Source of the DNA: Bacteroidales bacterium
Lineage (GTDB): Bacteria > Bacteroidota > Bacteroidia > Bacteroidales > UBA932
Direction of reading: 5' to 3'
Assembly (NCBI GenBank): GCA_017447265.1
Contig: JAFSOA010000008.1
Coordinates: 15,167 to 79,166 of the forward strand
DNA: 64,000 nucleotides
A model generated the notes under the pieces. It did not search any database and was not told the origin of the DNA. It saw only the letters and a program-made list of their open reading frames with translations. Position 1 is the first letter of the stretch; every line of letters begins with the position of its first letter. A program made the translations under genes and the position numbers. This document shows, piece after piece, positions 31,775-42,341 of the stretch.

Positions 31775-34402
31775 ATGACCCGAAAAATGTTTTTGATGGC
31801 GGCGGCCCTTCTGCTGGCCGGCTGCCTGACCGCCGTGGCGGACGGCTTCCGCCACCCTGCCAAAGAAATTGAAGAACTTACGCTGGCCAGCCCGCTGCCG
31901 TCCGTCGTATTCGACAGAGACTACGCGAAGGCTGTGATGGGCTATCGCGCCTGCCGCCAGGTGCCCATTGCCGAGCTCGCCGCGAGCGAGGCCCGCATCG
32001 CCGGCGTACGTGTGGACCCGCGCAACTTCAGCGAGACCCGCGAGAACTATTTCGACCGCCTGGAGCTGCTCGACGTGGCGACGGGCCGGACCCGCCGCAT
32101 CGAGGGCCTGTCCGCCGGCCTGCGGGCCAAGTTCCTGACCTGGTCGCCCAGCGGCAGGAAGCTCGCCTTCACCCTTTCCTTCCCCGACCATGTGGAACTC
32201 TGGTGCGTCGATGCTACGGCTGCTGAACCCGTGGCCGTCCGGCTCACCGATCTGCGGGTGAACACCATCTTCGGCTCGCCTTTCTTCTTCCTCGACGATA
32301 ACCGCATCCTCTTCAAGTCCGTTCCCGCTGCGCACCGCCAGGCTCCCGCGCCGCAGATCGCGCAGTCGTCCATCGTGCAGGACGTGAAAGGGGAGAAGCT
32401 TTCCATCCGTACCTACCAGGACCTGCTGACGGGTCCGCAGGACGAGGCACTGTATGATTATTGCTGCACCAGCCAGCTGGCCGTGTGGACGCCCGACGGC
32501 GTTCGCTTCGTGGGAGAGCCGGCCATCTACCGTTCCCTCGATCCGTCGCCCGACGGCCGTTATGCAATGGTTGTGACGGAGCACCATCCGTATTCCTATG
32601 TGCAATCGCACAATTCGTTCCCGAGCAAGCAGTTCATCATGGACCTGGCCGATGGCAGCCTGGTCCGTATGCTGCGCGACGGCACGGTCAAGGAGGAAAA
32701 GAAAGCCCCGGCCGATCCGAACGACGACAAAGCCCCGAAGGAACCGAAGAAACCGCGTCCCGCCGGTTTCGGCTGGCGTCCCGACCTGCCCGCGACCCTG
32801 TACTGGTCCGAATCGGAGAACGGCGGCATGGGCCCGATGGGCTTTGGCGGCCCGGGCCCGATGGGTCCGCCGCCGGGTGATAAAGCTGCCGACAAGGATA
32901 CGACGAAAGGCAAGGAACAGGAAAAACCCGAAAAGACCTATACGGACAAACTGTTCCAGTGCCAGGCTCCCTTTGATTTCGAGCATGACAAGCAGCTGCT
33001 GCTGGCACCCGAATACCGCATGGGCCGCATCACCTGGTGTGATCCGTCCCTGGCTTTCTTCGAGGAGAGTTCGTCCAAGCAGCACTTCCGCAGGCTGGTC
33101 GCTTTCGTGCCGGGCGATACCCTCGTGCCGCGCCGCGTGCTCTTCACCCAGAGTACCGAGACCGACACCCTCGGCAATTTCCCGAGCTATGGCCGCCTCT
33201 ATCTGGTACGCAACGCCTTCAACCGTCTGGTGGCCTGGAGCGATGCCCCGCACAACCGCGTGTTCCTGACCGGCACCGACCGGCGTGACGCCGAAGGCTT
33301 CGCCCACAGTTTCGTCGACCAGGTGACCCTCAAGAACGGAAAGATCGAGAACGTATGGCTCTCGTCGGGCGACTGCAAGGAGACCCTGACCGCCATTACC
33401 GACTTTACGCCCAGGAAGATCAAGCTGCTGGGCCGCCGTGAGGCTTTCGGCGTGGTGCCCGACTACTGGGCGTTCGACCTGCGCAAGCATACGGCCCGCC
33501 AGCTCACGCATCTCGAGAATCCCGTGCCGCAGCTCGCCGAGCTGGTGACCGACCAGTATGTGACCTATACGCGCAAAGACGGCTTGAAGTGCTTCGCCCA
33601 TCTCTATCTGCCCGCCGGCTACGACCCGGAACGGGACGGCAGGCTGCCGGTCTTCATGTGGACCTATCCCTATGAGTTCAAGTGCTTTGCCGAGAGTGAG
33701 AAGGCCCGCCCCGAAAAGCATAAGTTCACCAAGCCGACCTATGGCTCGGCCATGATCTGGGCCACCCAGGGCTATGCCGTGCTCGACGAGTTCACGATGG
33801 CCATCATCGCTGCCGACAAGGACTCCCTGCCGAACGACCGCTTCCTGGAGCAGCTGGTCATGAGCGCCGAAGCCGCCATTGATTTCGTCTGTGACAGCGC
33901 GGGTGTGGGCGACCGCGAGCGCATCGGCGTCGGCGGCCACTCCTACGGCGGTTTCATGACGGCCAACCTGCTGGCGCACACGCGTCTTTTCCGCGCTGGT
34001 GTCGCCCGCAGTGGCGCTTACAACCGCAGCCTGACGCCGTTCGGCTTCCAGAGCGAGCGCCGCAACTACTGGAAGGCCAAGGAGGTCTACGACCAGATGT
34101 CCCCGTTCAACTATGCCGACAAGATCAAGGATGCCCTGATGCTCATCCACGGTCAGCAGGACAACAACACGGGTACTTTCCCGGTCCAGTCGGAACGTCT
34201 CTACCAGGCGCTGGTCTATTTCGGCGCCACCGCCCGCTATGTGCAGCTCCCGTATGAGAGCCACGGCTACCAGGGCATCGAGACCAGCCTCGACATGCTC
34301 TATGAGACGGGCGCCTGGCTCGACCAGTACGTGAAGAATGCCGAGCCGCGCAAAAAACCGAAGGAAAAAGCTGAAAAACAAGCAGAAGAATCCAAAAAAT
34401 AA
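31775..34402 (+). CDS. S9 family serine peptidase (prolyl oligopeptidase/dipeptidyl peptidase-like)
   Basis: Beta-propeller-length N-terminal region and nucleophile elbow GVGGHSYGGFM. The antisense ORF 31742..34381 was rejected. Confidence 0.88.
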   Translation: MTRKMFLMAAALLLAGCLTAVADGFRHPAKEIEELTLASPLPSVVFDRDYAKAVMGYRACRQVPIAELAASEARIAGVRVDPRNFSETRENYFDRLELLDVATGRTRRIEGLSAGLRAKFLTWSPSGRKLAFTLSFPDHVELWCVDATAAEPVAVRLTDLRVNTIFGSPFFFLDDNRILFKSVPAAHRQAPAPQIAQSSIVQDVKGEKLSIRTYQDLLTGPQDEALYDYCCTSQLAVWTPDGVRFVGEPAIYRSLDPSPDGRYAMVVTEHHPYSYVQSHNSFPSKQFIMDLADGSLVRMLRDGTVKEEKKAPADPNDDKAPKEPKKPRPAGFGWRPDLPATLYWSESENGGMGPMGFGGPGPMGPPPGDKAADKDTTKGKEQEKPEKTYTDKLFQCQAPFDFEHDKQLLLAPEYRMGRITWCDPSLAFFEESSSKQHFRRLVAFVPGDTLVPRRVLFTQSTETDTLGNFPSYGRLYLVRNAFNRLVAWSDAPHNRVFLTGTDRRDAEGFAHSFVDQVTLKNGKIENVWLSSGDCKETLTAITDFTPRKIKLLGRREAFGVVPDYWAFDLRKHTARQLTHLENPVPQLAELVTDQYVTYTRKDGLKCFAHLYLPAGYDPERDGRLPVFMWTYPYEFKCFAESEKARPEKHKFTKPTYGSAMIWATQGYAVLDEFTMAIIAADKDSLPNDRFLEQLVMSAEAAIDFVCDSAGVGDRERIGVGGHSYGGFMTANLLAHTRLFRAGVARSGAYNRSLTPFGFQSERRNYWKAKEVYDQMSPFNYADKIKDALMLIHGQQDNNTGTFPVQSERLYQALVYFGATARYVQLPYESHGYQGIETSLDMLYETGAWLDQYVKNAEPRKKPKEKAEKQAEESKK

Positions 34403-34481
34403 CTATATTTGCAGCCCCGTTCGGACAACGGGATTATAAATAAAGTCTAACTACTTATTGTTTAACGATTTATTAACCATT

Positions 34482-36356
34482 ATGTCTGAAGAGATCATCA
34501 ACCCTGCCGTTGAAAGCGCAGAAGAGATCGAAGAGCAGGTGATCGTAAAACCTGCAAACAAAAAAAGCAATGCCTCCGTCGACAACGACAAGTTCGACTG
34601 GGATGCATTCGAAAATGACGGCTTCGATGCAGCCGAGAAAGCCGCCAATGAAGAAAGTTACAGCAAGAGCCTCAGCCGTATCAACGAGAATGAGGTCGTG
34701 GAAGGTACTGTTACCTCCATCAACAAGCGCGAAGTAATCGTCAACATCGGTTACAAGAGCGAAGGTGTCATCAGCATCAACGAATTCCGCTACAATCCTG
34801 ACCTCGCCGTGGGCGACACCGTGGAAGTGTACGTGGAGAACGCTGAAGACAAGAAAGGCCAGCTGATCCTCTCCCACAAGCGCGCCCGCGCCGTCAAGTC
34901 CTGGGACCGTGTCAACGAAGCCTTCGAGAAAGACGAAATCGTCAAAGGTTACATCAAATGCCGCACGAAGGGTGGCATGATCGTCGACGTGTTCGGTATC
35001 GAGGCCTTCCTACCGGGCAGCCAGATCGACGTGAAGCCCATCCGCGACTACGATGTGTACGTCAACAAGACCATGGAATTCAAGATCGTCAAGATCAACC
35101 AGGAATTCCGCAACGTGGTCGTTTCCCACAAAGCCCTCATCGAAGCTGAGATCGAGGCCCAGAAGGCCGACATCATCGGCAAGCTCGAGAAAGGCCAGGT
35201 GCTGGAAGGCACGGTCAAGAACATCACTTCCTACGGTGTGTTCGTCGACCTGGGCGGTGTGGACGGTCTGATCCACATCACCGACCTGAGCTGGGGCCGC
35301 ATCAACCATCCGGAAGAAGTGGTTTCCCTCGACCAGAAGATCAACGTGGTGATCCTCGACTTCGACGACACGAAGAAGCGCATCGCCCTCGGTCTGAAAC
35401 AGCTGAACCCGCACCCTTGGGATGCGCTCGATCCGAACCTCAAGGTGGGCGACAAGGTGAAAGGCAAAGTGGTCGTCATCGCCGACTACGGTGCATTCGT
35501 CGAAGTGCAGCCGGGTGTCGAAGGTCTGATCCACGTCTCCGAAATGAGCTGGAGCCTGCACCTCCGCAGCGCCCAGGACTTCCTCAAGGTGGGCGAAGAG
35601 GTGGAGGCCGTGATCCTCACCCTCGACCGCGAGGAGCGCAAGATGAGCCTCGGTATCAAGCAGCTGAAACCCGATCCGTGGGCTACCATCACCGAGAAGT
35701 ACCCCATCAACTCGAAGCATACCGCTACGGTCCGCAACTTCACCAACTTCGGTGTGTTCGTGGAGCTGGAAGAAGGTGTCGACGGTCTGGTCCACATCAG
35801 CGACCTGAGCTGGACCAAGAAGATCAAACACCCGTCCGAGTTCACCTCCATCGGTGAGCCGATCGAGGTCGTCGTCCTCGAAGTCGACCAGGAGAACCGT
35901 CGTCTGAGCCTCGGCCACAAGCAGCTCGAAGAGAACCCTTGGAACGAGTACGAGAACACCTACTCCGTGGGCTCCGTCCACGAGGGTACCGTGACCGCCA
36001 TCGTCGAGAAGGGCGCCACCATCACTTTCGCCGACGGCGTGACGGGCTTCTGCTCGAACCGCAACCTGGTGAAGGAAGACGGCACGACCGCCAAGGAAGG
36101 TGAGACCCTCCCGTTCAAGGTGACCGAATTCAACAAGGGCAGCAAGAAGATCACCCTCTCGCACACCCGTACGTTCGAAGAAGTCAAACGCGAAGAGGCC
36201 AAGAAGGAAGCCCGCGAGAAAGACGCCGAGGCCAACTCCACGCAGAAGGCTGTCCGCAAGCTGAAGGACAACCTGGAGAAGACCACCCTCGGTGACATCT
36301 CCGACCTGGCTGACCTCAAGAGCCGCCTCGAAGCCGAAGAAAAAGCGAGCAAATAG
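34482..36356 (+). CDS. rpsA: 30S ribosomal protein S1
   Basis: Six S1-domain repeats of the form G.V.G.V..I...G.FV.L. The first ATG in frame is at 34482. Confidence 0.95.
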   Translation: MSEEIINPAVESAEEIEEQVIVKPANKKSNASVDNDKFDWDAFENDGFDAAEKAANEESYSKSLSRINENEVVEGTVTSINKREVIVNIGYKSEGVISINEFRYNPDLAVGDTVEVYVENAEDKKGQLILSHKRARAVKSWDRVNEAFEKDEIVKGYIKCRTKGGMIVDVFGIEAFLPGSQIDVKPIRDYDVYVNKTMEFKIVKINQEFRNVVVSHKALIEAEIEAQKADIIGKLEKGQVLEGTVKNITSYGVFVDLGGVDGLIHITDLSWGRINHPEEVVSLDQKINVVILDFDDTKKRIALGLKQLNPHPWDALDPNLKVGDKVKGKVVVIADYGAFVEVQPGVEGLIHVSEMSWSLHLRSAQDFLKVGEEVEAVILTLDREERKMSLGIKQLKPDPWATITEKYPINSKHTATVRNFTNFGVFVELEEGVDGLVHISDLSWTKKIKHPSEFTSIGEPIEVVVLEVDQENRRLSLGHKQLEENPWNEYENTYSVGSVHEGTVTAIVEKGATITFADGVTGFCSNRNLVKEDGTTAKEGETLPFKVTEFNKGSKKITLSHTRTFEEVKREEAKKEAREKDAEANSTQKAVRKLKDNLEKTTLGDISDLADLKSRLEAEEKASK

Positions 36357-37126
36357 TGAATTTTACCCTGACAACCCTTGGCACGGCATCCGCACGGCCG
36401 ATGGTTGACCAACACCAAAGCGCCCACGTATTCAACTTGCATGGGCGCTTGTTTTTGGTCGACTGCGGCGAGAATGCCCAGGTGCAGCTCAAGCGCTACA
36501 AGATCTCGAAGGCGCGGCTCGACAACATCCTGATCTCCCACCTCCACGGCGACCACATTTTCGGTATCTTCGGGATGCTTTCGACCATGGCGCTGGACGG
36601 GCGGACGGCACCGCTCTACATCTACGCTCCGCGTGATTTCGGATCCGTCCTTCACTTCTTCCTCGGTCATTTCGGGGAAGGCGTGAAGTATGAGATCCAC
36701 CACATTCCGCTGGGCATGAAGGAGCCGGAGCGCATCATCACGCTGCGCAACTGCGAGGTCTGGGCCTTCCCGCTGCAGCACCGCATCGACTGTTTCGGCT
36801 ATCAGATCCGTTATCTCAAGACCGGCCAGTCGGCGGCATATTGCTCCGATACCGCCGTGTTCCCGGAGGAGGCGGAGTGGCTGAAAGGGACCGACCTGAT
36901 CTACCACGAAGCCACTTTTGCGGACGAACATGTCGATCTGGCACACAAAATGTTTCATTCTACGGCGCGCGAGGCGGCACAGGTCGCGGCGGCTGCCGGA
37001 GCGAAGAAACTGGTCCTCGGCCATTTCTCCTCCCGGTATCAGGACCTGAACCTGCTGCTGTCGCAGGCCCGGGAGGTTTTCCCCGAGACCTGGCTCGCCG
37101 AAGAAGGAAAAGTATTTGAAATATGA
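36356..37126 (+). CDS. rnz: ribonuclease Z / MBL-fold hydrolase
   Basis: LVDCGE and the HLHGDH motif. GTG start overlaps the rpsA stop. Confidence 0.8.
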   Translation: MNFTLTTLGTASARPMVDQHQSAHVFNLHGRLFLVDCGENAQVQLKRYKISKARLDNILISHLHGDHIFGIFGMLSTMALDGRTAPLYIYAPRDFGSVLHFFLGHFGEGVKYEIHHIPLGMKEPERIITLRNCEVWAFPLQHRIDCFGYQIRYLKTGQSAAYCSDTAVFPEEAEWLKGTDLIYHEATFADEHVDLAHKMFHSTAREAAQVAAAAGAKKLVLGHFSSRYQDLNLLLSQAREVFPETWLAEEGKVFEI

Positions 37127-38706
37127 AACGTCTCAGTATCATCGCTTTGTTGCTGCTCTGCTGCCTGCCGTCGCAGGCGCAGGTCTCATCCATGCGCCGC
37201 AACGCCGAAAAGATTGCCAGCGCCCTTTTCTACATCCAGACACGTTATGTCGATTCCGTGGATTTCGACAAGGCTGTCGACGCCATGATGATGGGGCTGA
37301 TGGATCAGCTCGACCCGCATTCCACCTATATCCCGGCATCGCAGGTGTCTGCGGCCAATGAACAGCTGGAAGGCTCGTTCGAAGGCGTGGGCATCGAATA
37401 TGTGATGCTCTACGACACCCTGACCATCCAGGCGGTGGTCGTGGGCGGCCCGTCGGAAGCGGTGGGCCTGCGGGCTGGCGACAAGATCGTGGCGATTGAC
37501 GGCGAGACGGTTGCCGGAGTCGGGCTCGCCGCCGAGGCGATGAAGCCGCGTCTGCGTGGACCCAAAGGCAGCCATGTGACGGTGACGGCCCTGCGGGACG
37601 GTCAGGCGCGGGACTATGTGATCCGGCGCGACAAGATTCCCATCGAGAGCATCGAGGCGGCCTATACGCCAGAACCCGGCATCGTCTATATCAAGCTCAG
37701 CCGTTTTGCACAGAACTCGGCCGAGGAATTCCTCGACGCACTGCGTCAGAACGCCGAAACCCGGCCCAAGGGGATGATCATCGACCTGCGGGGAAATGGC
37801 GGCGGCTTCATGCATGTGGCCATCTTTCTGGCCAACCTGTTCCTGCAAGACGGGCAGACGATTGTGCGTACGGAAGGGAAAGGCATCAACCGTGAGGACC
37901 ATGCCCGCGGTGACGGCCTGTATGAGAAAGGTCCGCTGGTCATCCTGGTCGATGAGGACAGCGCCAGTGCCAGCGAGATCCTGGCCGGTGCCCTGCAGGA
38001 CTGGGACCGCGCCGTGATCGTCGGCCGCCGTACCTTTGGAAAAGGACTGGTGCAGCAGTCGTACTCGCTCTCCGATGGATCGGAGATGCGCCTGACGGTG
38101 GGCCGCTACCACACGCCTTCGGGCCGCGTGGTGCAATCGCCCTATGAAAATGGCAAGCGACAGGACTATTTCCGGCAGGCCCGTGAACGCTACTCACATG
38201 GCGAATCGTTCAGCGCCGACAGTATCTCGTTCCCTGATTCTTTGAAATACAAGACATTGCGCCTTGGCCGCACGGTCTATGGCGGTGGTGGCATCATGCC
38301 CGATGTCTTTGTTCCGTACGATACGACGGGCATCAACCGCTATGTCCTGCGTGCCATCAACGGCGGCCTGCTGTCGGAGTTCTATTATGATTATAGTGAC
38401 AAGCACCGCGATGCCCTGGCGTCGAAGGACCTGGCCGAATTCGACAGCCGTTGGGAGAAGCTGGAGCCAGCCGTGTTCGACGAGATGATTGCTTTCTTCG
38501 GGACGAAAGGTCTGAAAGCCGAGAACGAAGAGGAGTTGCGCGTCGCCGCACCGATGCTCAAGACACGCCTGAAAGCCCTGCTGGCACGCAGCGTGCTGGG
38601 CACGTCGGCTTACTGGCAGGTGATCAACCGGGAAGTCGATCCTGCGTTCCAGGAGGCGATACGAATCGTCAAAAACTGGTCCGGGGACTTTCCTGAGCTG
38701 CCTTAG
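37123..38706 (+). CDS. S41 family C-terminal processing peptidase
   Basis: PDZ segment GGPSEAVGLRAGDKIVAIDGE, plus IIDLRGNGGG and SASASEILAGALQD. Confidence 0.92.
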   Translation: MKRLSIIALLLLCCLPSQAQVSSMRRNAEKIASALFYIQTRYVDSVDFDKAVDAMMMGLMDQLDPHSTYIPASQVSAANEQLEGSFEGVGIEYVMLYDTLTIQAVVVGGPSEAVGLRAGDKIVAIDGETVAGVGLAAEAMKPRLRGPKGSHVTVTALRDGQARDYVIRRDKIPIESIEAAYTPEPGIVYIKLSRFAQNSAEEFLDALRQNAETRPKGMIIDLRGNGGGFMHVAIFLANLFLQDGQTIVRTEGKGINREDHARGDGLYEKGPLVILVDEDSASASEILAGALQDWDRAVIVGRRTFGKGLVQQSYSLSDGSEMRLTVGRYHTPSGRVVQSPYENGKRQDYFRQARERYSHGESFSADSISFPDSLKYKTLRLGRTVYGGGGIMPDVFVPYDTTGINRYVLRAINGGLLSEFYYDYSDKHRDALASKDLAEFDSRWEKLEPAVFDEMIAFFGTKGLKAENEEELRVAAPMLKTRLKALLARSVLGTSAYWQVINREVDPAFQEAIRIVKNWSGDFPELP

Positions 38707-39739
38707 CCCGCATTTCTGCACTGAGTGCCCGCTGGTAACGGCGGGCATTTTCATTGTGGGCCGACAGGGTCTTGGCGAAGACATGCTGGCCGTCGAAGCT
38801 GTCTTTGGCGCAGAAATACAGATAGTCGTGGTGCTCGTAGTTCAGTACCGCGTCAATGGCGGCCACCGGCGGCATGGTGATGGGCCCCGGCGGAAGACCG
38901 GCATACTTATAGGTATTGTAGGGAGAATCCACGTCCAGGTGCTTGTTGAGCACCCGTTTGAGCCCCGGATCGCCCACGGCGTAGATGACGGTGGGGTCGG
39001 CTTGCAGCGGCATGTCTTTGTTGAGGCGGTTGATGTAGACGCCGGCGATACGGGGCAGTTCCGGTTCGTACTTGCTCTCTTCGATAACGATGGCGGCCAG
39101 GGTGCTGACTTCCTGCCGCGTCATGCCGAGGGCGGCGGCTTTGGCGTCGCGCTCGGGCGTCCAGAATTTCAGATATTCCTGGTGCATGCGCTCCAGAAAC
39201 TCGTCGGGCGTGACAGTCCACCACACTTCGTAGGTGTTGGGAATGAACATGCCGAGGAAGGTTTCGGGCGTGAAACCGTACCGGGCGGCCTTCTGGCTGT
39301 CGTGGAGCGCCTGGTCGAAGTCGGCTGCGGAAGCTTCCAGCTGTTCGCCCAGAAAGTCCGCAAAGCGGTCGAGGCTGCGGTAATAGCCGGGGATGACCAG
39401 CCGTACCGGCGTCTGCCAGCCTTTCTGAAGGCTGCGCACCAGCGCCTTGTTGCCCATGCCCTGGCGGAACTTGTACTGGCCGGGCTTGAAGCGGTCCTGC
39501 AGTTTCATGAAGCGGGCCGCCCGGAGGAAGGTCCTGGGGTTGTCGATGGCGCCGCTCTGCAGGACGGCGTTCATCATCTGCTCGTAGTTGTAACTGCGGG
39601 GGATCTGGATGACGGGCTGCTTTTCCAGCCCGGAGATATTGTCAGCATAGAAAGTACCGTAGAAATTGAGGGCGGCCAGAATGCCGGCGAACAGCAGGAC
39701 CACGAAGGTCAGCAGGAGCGTGCGGGTGCGTTTTTTCAT
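38669..39739 (-). CDS. mltG: endolytic murein transglycosylase MltG (YceG-like)
   Basis: N-terminal TM helix. SPYNTYKYAGLPPGPI and the DYLYFCA motif. Confidence 0.92.
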   Translation of the reverse strand: MKKRTRTLLLTFVVLLFAGILAALNFYGTFYADNISGLEKQPVIQIPRSYNYEQMMNAVLQSGAIDNPRTFLRAARFMKLQDRFKPGQYKFRQGMGNKALVRSLQKGWQTPVRLVIPGYYRSLDRFADFLGEQLEASAADFDQALHDSQKAARYGFTPETFLGMFIPNTYEVWWTVTPDEFLERMHQEYLKFWTPERDAKAAALGMTRQEVSTLAAIVIEESKYEPELPRIAGVYINRLNKDMPLQADPTVIYAVGDPGLKRVLNKHLDVDSPYNTYKYAGLPPGPITMPPVAAIDAVLNYEHHDYLYFCAKDSFDGQHVFAKTLSAHNENARRYQRALSAEMRAKAAQESPRTSF

Positions 39740-40707
39740 CGGGGTTTGCGGAGCAGGAGGATGGTGCCGGGCTCGGGTTCAGTGCCCGGACGCAGGTGGT
39801 TGTATTCGTAGAGTTTCTTCATCTTCACCGCGTAGCGCTGGGCCAGCTGGCGCATGGTTTCGCCTTCCTCCACGACGTGCTTGTCGAGGTTCGGGGCGCT
39901 CTCGCGCTTCTTGGCCTCCAGGTACACGACTTCGCCTTCCTGCAGGGCGACCTTGCGCTTGCGGTCGTTGAAGCGGAGGAGTTCGCGGGTGAAGAGATTG
40001 TATTCTTTCGCGAGGCCGGCGTACGTGTCACCGGCGCGGGCCCGGATCCAGGGAACGCCGTTGGTAGAGCGGATTTCCCGGCTCAAGGAAGCGACATAAA
40101 GCTTATGGCCGGGGAGCGGCTTGAACTGCTTGCTGACTTCCGCCTGGAGCGGGGTGGGAGGGAGTTCCTGCCGGGCGACGGGATCGAGCTGGTCGTAGCG
40201 CCAGAGCTCGTTCTCTTCGATGATCTGGATGAGGCGGGTGGCATAATCGGGCGCTGTGGCGTATCCGGCCTTCTTCAGGCCGTATGCCCAGCCCTTGTAG
40301 TCGGTGGGCTCCAGGTCGAAGAGAAAGGCGTAGCGGTCGCGGTAGCGCAGGAAGTCGCTGTGGTCGCGGAACGATTCGTCGACGTTCGGGTAGCTGCGGA
40401 AGCACTCGTTCCGGGCGTCGTCGTCCTGGTGGAAGGTCTTGCCGGTCCAGTTGTTGTGGCACTTGATGCCGAAATGGTTGTTAGCCTGCCTGGCCAGGGT
40501 GCTGTTGCCGTTGCCCGATTCCAGGCAGCCCTGGGCCAGCGTGATGCTGGCGGGAATACCCGTGCTTTTCATCTCGCGCACGGCTGTCGCCGCGTATTTC
40601 TCGACGTACTGCGCGCGCGTCATCTTCTGTCCCCACGCCGTCCCGGCGCAGAGCAGCAAAATCAGCATGCCAGTCAGAAACCGTTTCATCTTGACAAAGA
40701 TAATCAT
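39736..40707 (-). CDS. glucosaminidase-domain peptidoglycan hydrolase with LysM repeats
   Basis: ITLAQGCLESGNGNSTLARQANNHFGIKC, plus two LysM-like segments. Confidence 0.88.
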   Translation of the reverse strand: MIIFVKMKRFLTGMLILLLCAGTAWGQKMTRAQYVEKYAATAVREMKSTGIPASITLAQGCLESGNGNSTLARQANNHFGIKCHNNWTGKTFHQDDDARNECFRSYPNVDESFRDHSDFLRYRDRYAFLFDLEPTDYKGWAYGLKKAGYATAPDYATRLIQIIEENELWRYDQLDPVARQELPPTPLQAEVSKQFKPLPGHKLYVASLSREIRSTNGVPWIRARAGDTYAGLAKEYNLFTRELLRFNDRKRKVALQEGEVVYLEAKKRESAPNLDKHVVEEGETMRQLAQRYAVKMKKLYEYNHLRPGTEPEPGTILLLRKPR

Positions 40708-40807
40708 TATTTCTGCAAGTGCTGTTCGGGACGCATGGGTTCAAGGGTATGTTTTTTTTGTATCTTTGCGCCCCGAAAACAATCAATCGACTAATAATTA
40801 CGATACT

Positions 40808-41581
40808 ATGAAGCGTACATTCCTTTTATTCGCAGCCGTATTGTTTGCACTGACAGCCTGCAATACGAACTCGATCACCGTCCGTTACGACATCCTTACC
40901 GTGGACATCGAATTCCCTTACAGCGAAGGCGGCCAGCAGCGGCTCGAACTCGACGCCGAGGCGCAGTTCCCGAATTCGGGCTTCAGCGCCGAGGCGCTTC
41001 CGCGCGCCTGCGAGATCATCCGCGCGGCCTGCTTCGGCGACGAATACAGGAACTTCTCCGGTTCCCTCGAAGAACTGGGTGAAACCTGGCGTGACAATTG
41101 GCACGACAAATACATGACCACCTGCGCCGAACGCCTCAAGGAAGCGAATGTCAGCGAAGCCGACGCTCCCTTCCTCAATTGGGACATCAAGGCCAAGGGT
41201 ACCTTCGGCGATTTCTATCAGGACGGCTACATCAACTACAATGTGGAAATCTCCCAGTTCATGGGTGGTGCCAACGGCCAGAACAGTGTAACGCCGCTGG
41301 TTTTCGACCTGAATACCGGCAACGCGGTGAACTACAATGTCTTTACCGGCAATGCCTCCCCGGCGCTGCTCAGCGGACTGCTCGACAAACACAAGTTCGA
41401 CGACATCGAACTTCCCAAGGGTTTCGACAAAAGCCAGGTCTTCTCCGTAACGACCATCGAGCCGAGCCGTCACTTCTCCGTCGACGATGAGGGCATCACC
41501 TTCTACTATCAGCCCGCCGTCATCGCGCCCGCTTCCTTTGGCGTGATCGAAATCCCGATTCCCTGGGACGAACTGAAGTAA
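40808..41581 (+). CDS. lipoprotein, DUF3298/RsiV-like family (paralog of 52546..53319)
   Basis: Start at MKRTFLLFAAVLFALTAC. Shares FPxSGF, GSLxELGxxWRD, APFLNW, GGAxG and YYQPxxxAPxxFGVIxxPxPWxEL with 52546..53319. Confidence 0.8.
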   Translation: MKRTFLLFAAVLFALTACNTNSITVRYDILTVDIEFPYSEGGQQRLELDAEAQFPNSGFSAEALPRACEIIRAACFGDEYRNFSGSLEELGETWRDNWHDKYMTTCAERLKEANVSEADAPFLNWDIKAKGTFGDFYQDGYINYNVEISQFMGGANGQNSVTPLVFDLNTGNAVNYNVFTGNASPALLSGLLDKHKFDDIELPKGFDKSQVFSVTTIEPSRHFSVDDEGITFYYQPAVIAPASFGVIEIPIPWDELK

Positions 41582-41604
41582 TCGTTTCCTGTCACGCGGC
41601 AATG

Positions 41605-41655
41605 CAGCACGCCATCCAGGTTTTCGTCCGATAACTTGGATGGCGTGCTGTTTTT
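41605..41655 (+). terminator. rho-independent terminator
   Basis: CAGCACGCCATCCA / TGGATGGCGTGCTG form a 14-bp stem followed by TTTTT. Confidence 0.7.
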
Positions 41656-41669
41656 CCGGTTAGAATTGT

Positions 41670-41677
41670 TATCTTTG
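41670..41677 (+). promoter_or_regulatory. -7 promoter motif for cdd
   Basis: TATCTTTG, 28 nt upstream of ATG 41706. Confidence 0.45.
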
Positions 41678-41705
41678 TAGGATACAACCAACCAATCCCT
41701 CGTCT

Positions 41706-42179
41706 ATGGAAAAGAAAACACTGACCATTCCATACGAAGAATACAGCTCGATCGAGGAGTTGCCGTCGGAGGACCGCGCCTTGCTGGAGGCGGCGATCGA
41801 CGCCATGAAAGGGTCCTATGCGCCGTATTCCCATTTCAATGTGGGTGCTGCGGTGCGGCTGGAGGACGGGACGGTCGTCAAGGGAGCCAATCAGGAGAAC
41901 GCAGCCTACCCCTCGGGGCTCTGTGCCGAGCGTACCGCCATGTTTGCGGCAAGCTCCCAGTATCCGAAGGTGCCCATGGAAGCCCTGGCCGTGGTCTGCG
42001 CGCGAGACGGCTCGCTGATGATCAATCCGGGCTCACCCTGCGGCGCCTGCCGGCAGGTCATGTCCCAGTACGAGCGTCTGTCCCGAAAGCCTCTGCGCAT
42101 CATCCTGGGCAGCGGCGGCCCCATTCTCGTCTTTACAGGCGTGGAATCGCTGATGCCGTTCATGTTCAATGACTTGTAG
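41706..42179 (+). CDS. cdd: cytidine deaminase
   Basis: Zinc motifs CAERTA and PCGACRQ. Confidence 0.92.
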   Translation: MEKKTLTIPYEEYSSIEELPSEDRALLEAAIDAMKGSYAPYSHFNVGAAVRLEDGTVVKGANQENAAYPSGLCAERTAMFAASSQYPKVPMEALAVVCARDGSLMINPGSPCGACRQVMSQYERLSRKPLRIILGSGGPILVFTGVESLMPFMFNDL

Positions 42180-42214
42180 AGAAATGGAATCCTTCGGGAA
42201 AGGGCACGAAAAAA

Positions 42215-42311
42215 GGGTAAGCTTGATATATCGCACCGCTACAACCACCTACCCTTGCTGCCTTCCGACCCTGGGGGAGTTCAGTGGGAGCTGGTCGTAT
42301 ACGACTTACCC
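42215..42311 (-). ncRNA. ffs: signal recognition particle RNA (4.5S-type)
   Basis: The minus strand reads GGGUAAG...CCCCCAGGGUCGGAAGGCAGCAAGGGUAGG...CUUACCC. It has a conserved domain IV-like GGAA tetraloop context and closing terminal helix. A TACCTTTG promoter motif sits at 42317..42324 (-) and a T-run follows the 3' end. Confidence 0.8.
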
Positions 42312-42341
42312 CGGCACAAAGGTAAGCATTTTTTTGAATAA

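Noticed and set aside
38669-38706. 38-nt convergent overlap of the S41 protease and mltG 3' ends as something regulatory
   Set aside because: Both reading frames have full-length family-typical C-termini. Short convergent overlaps are common in compact genomes, and no extra structure was seen.
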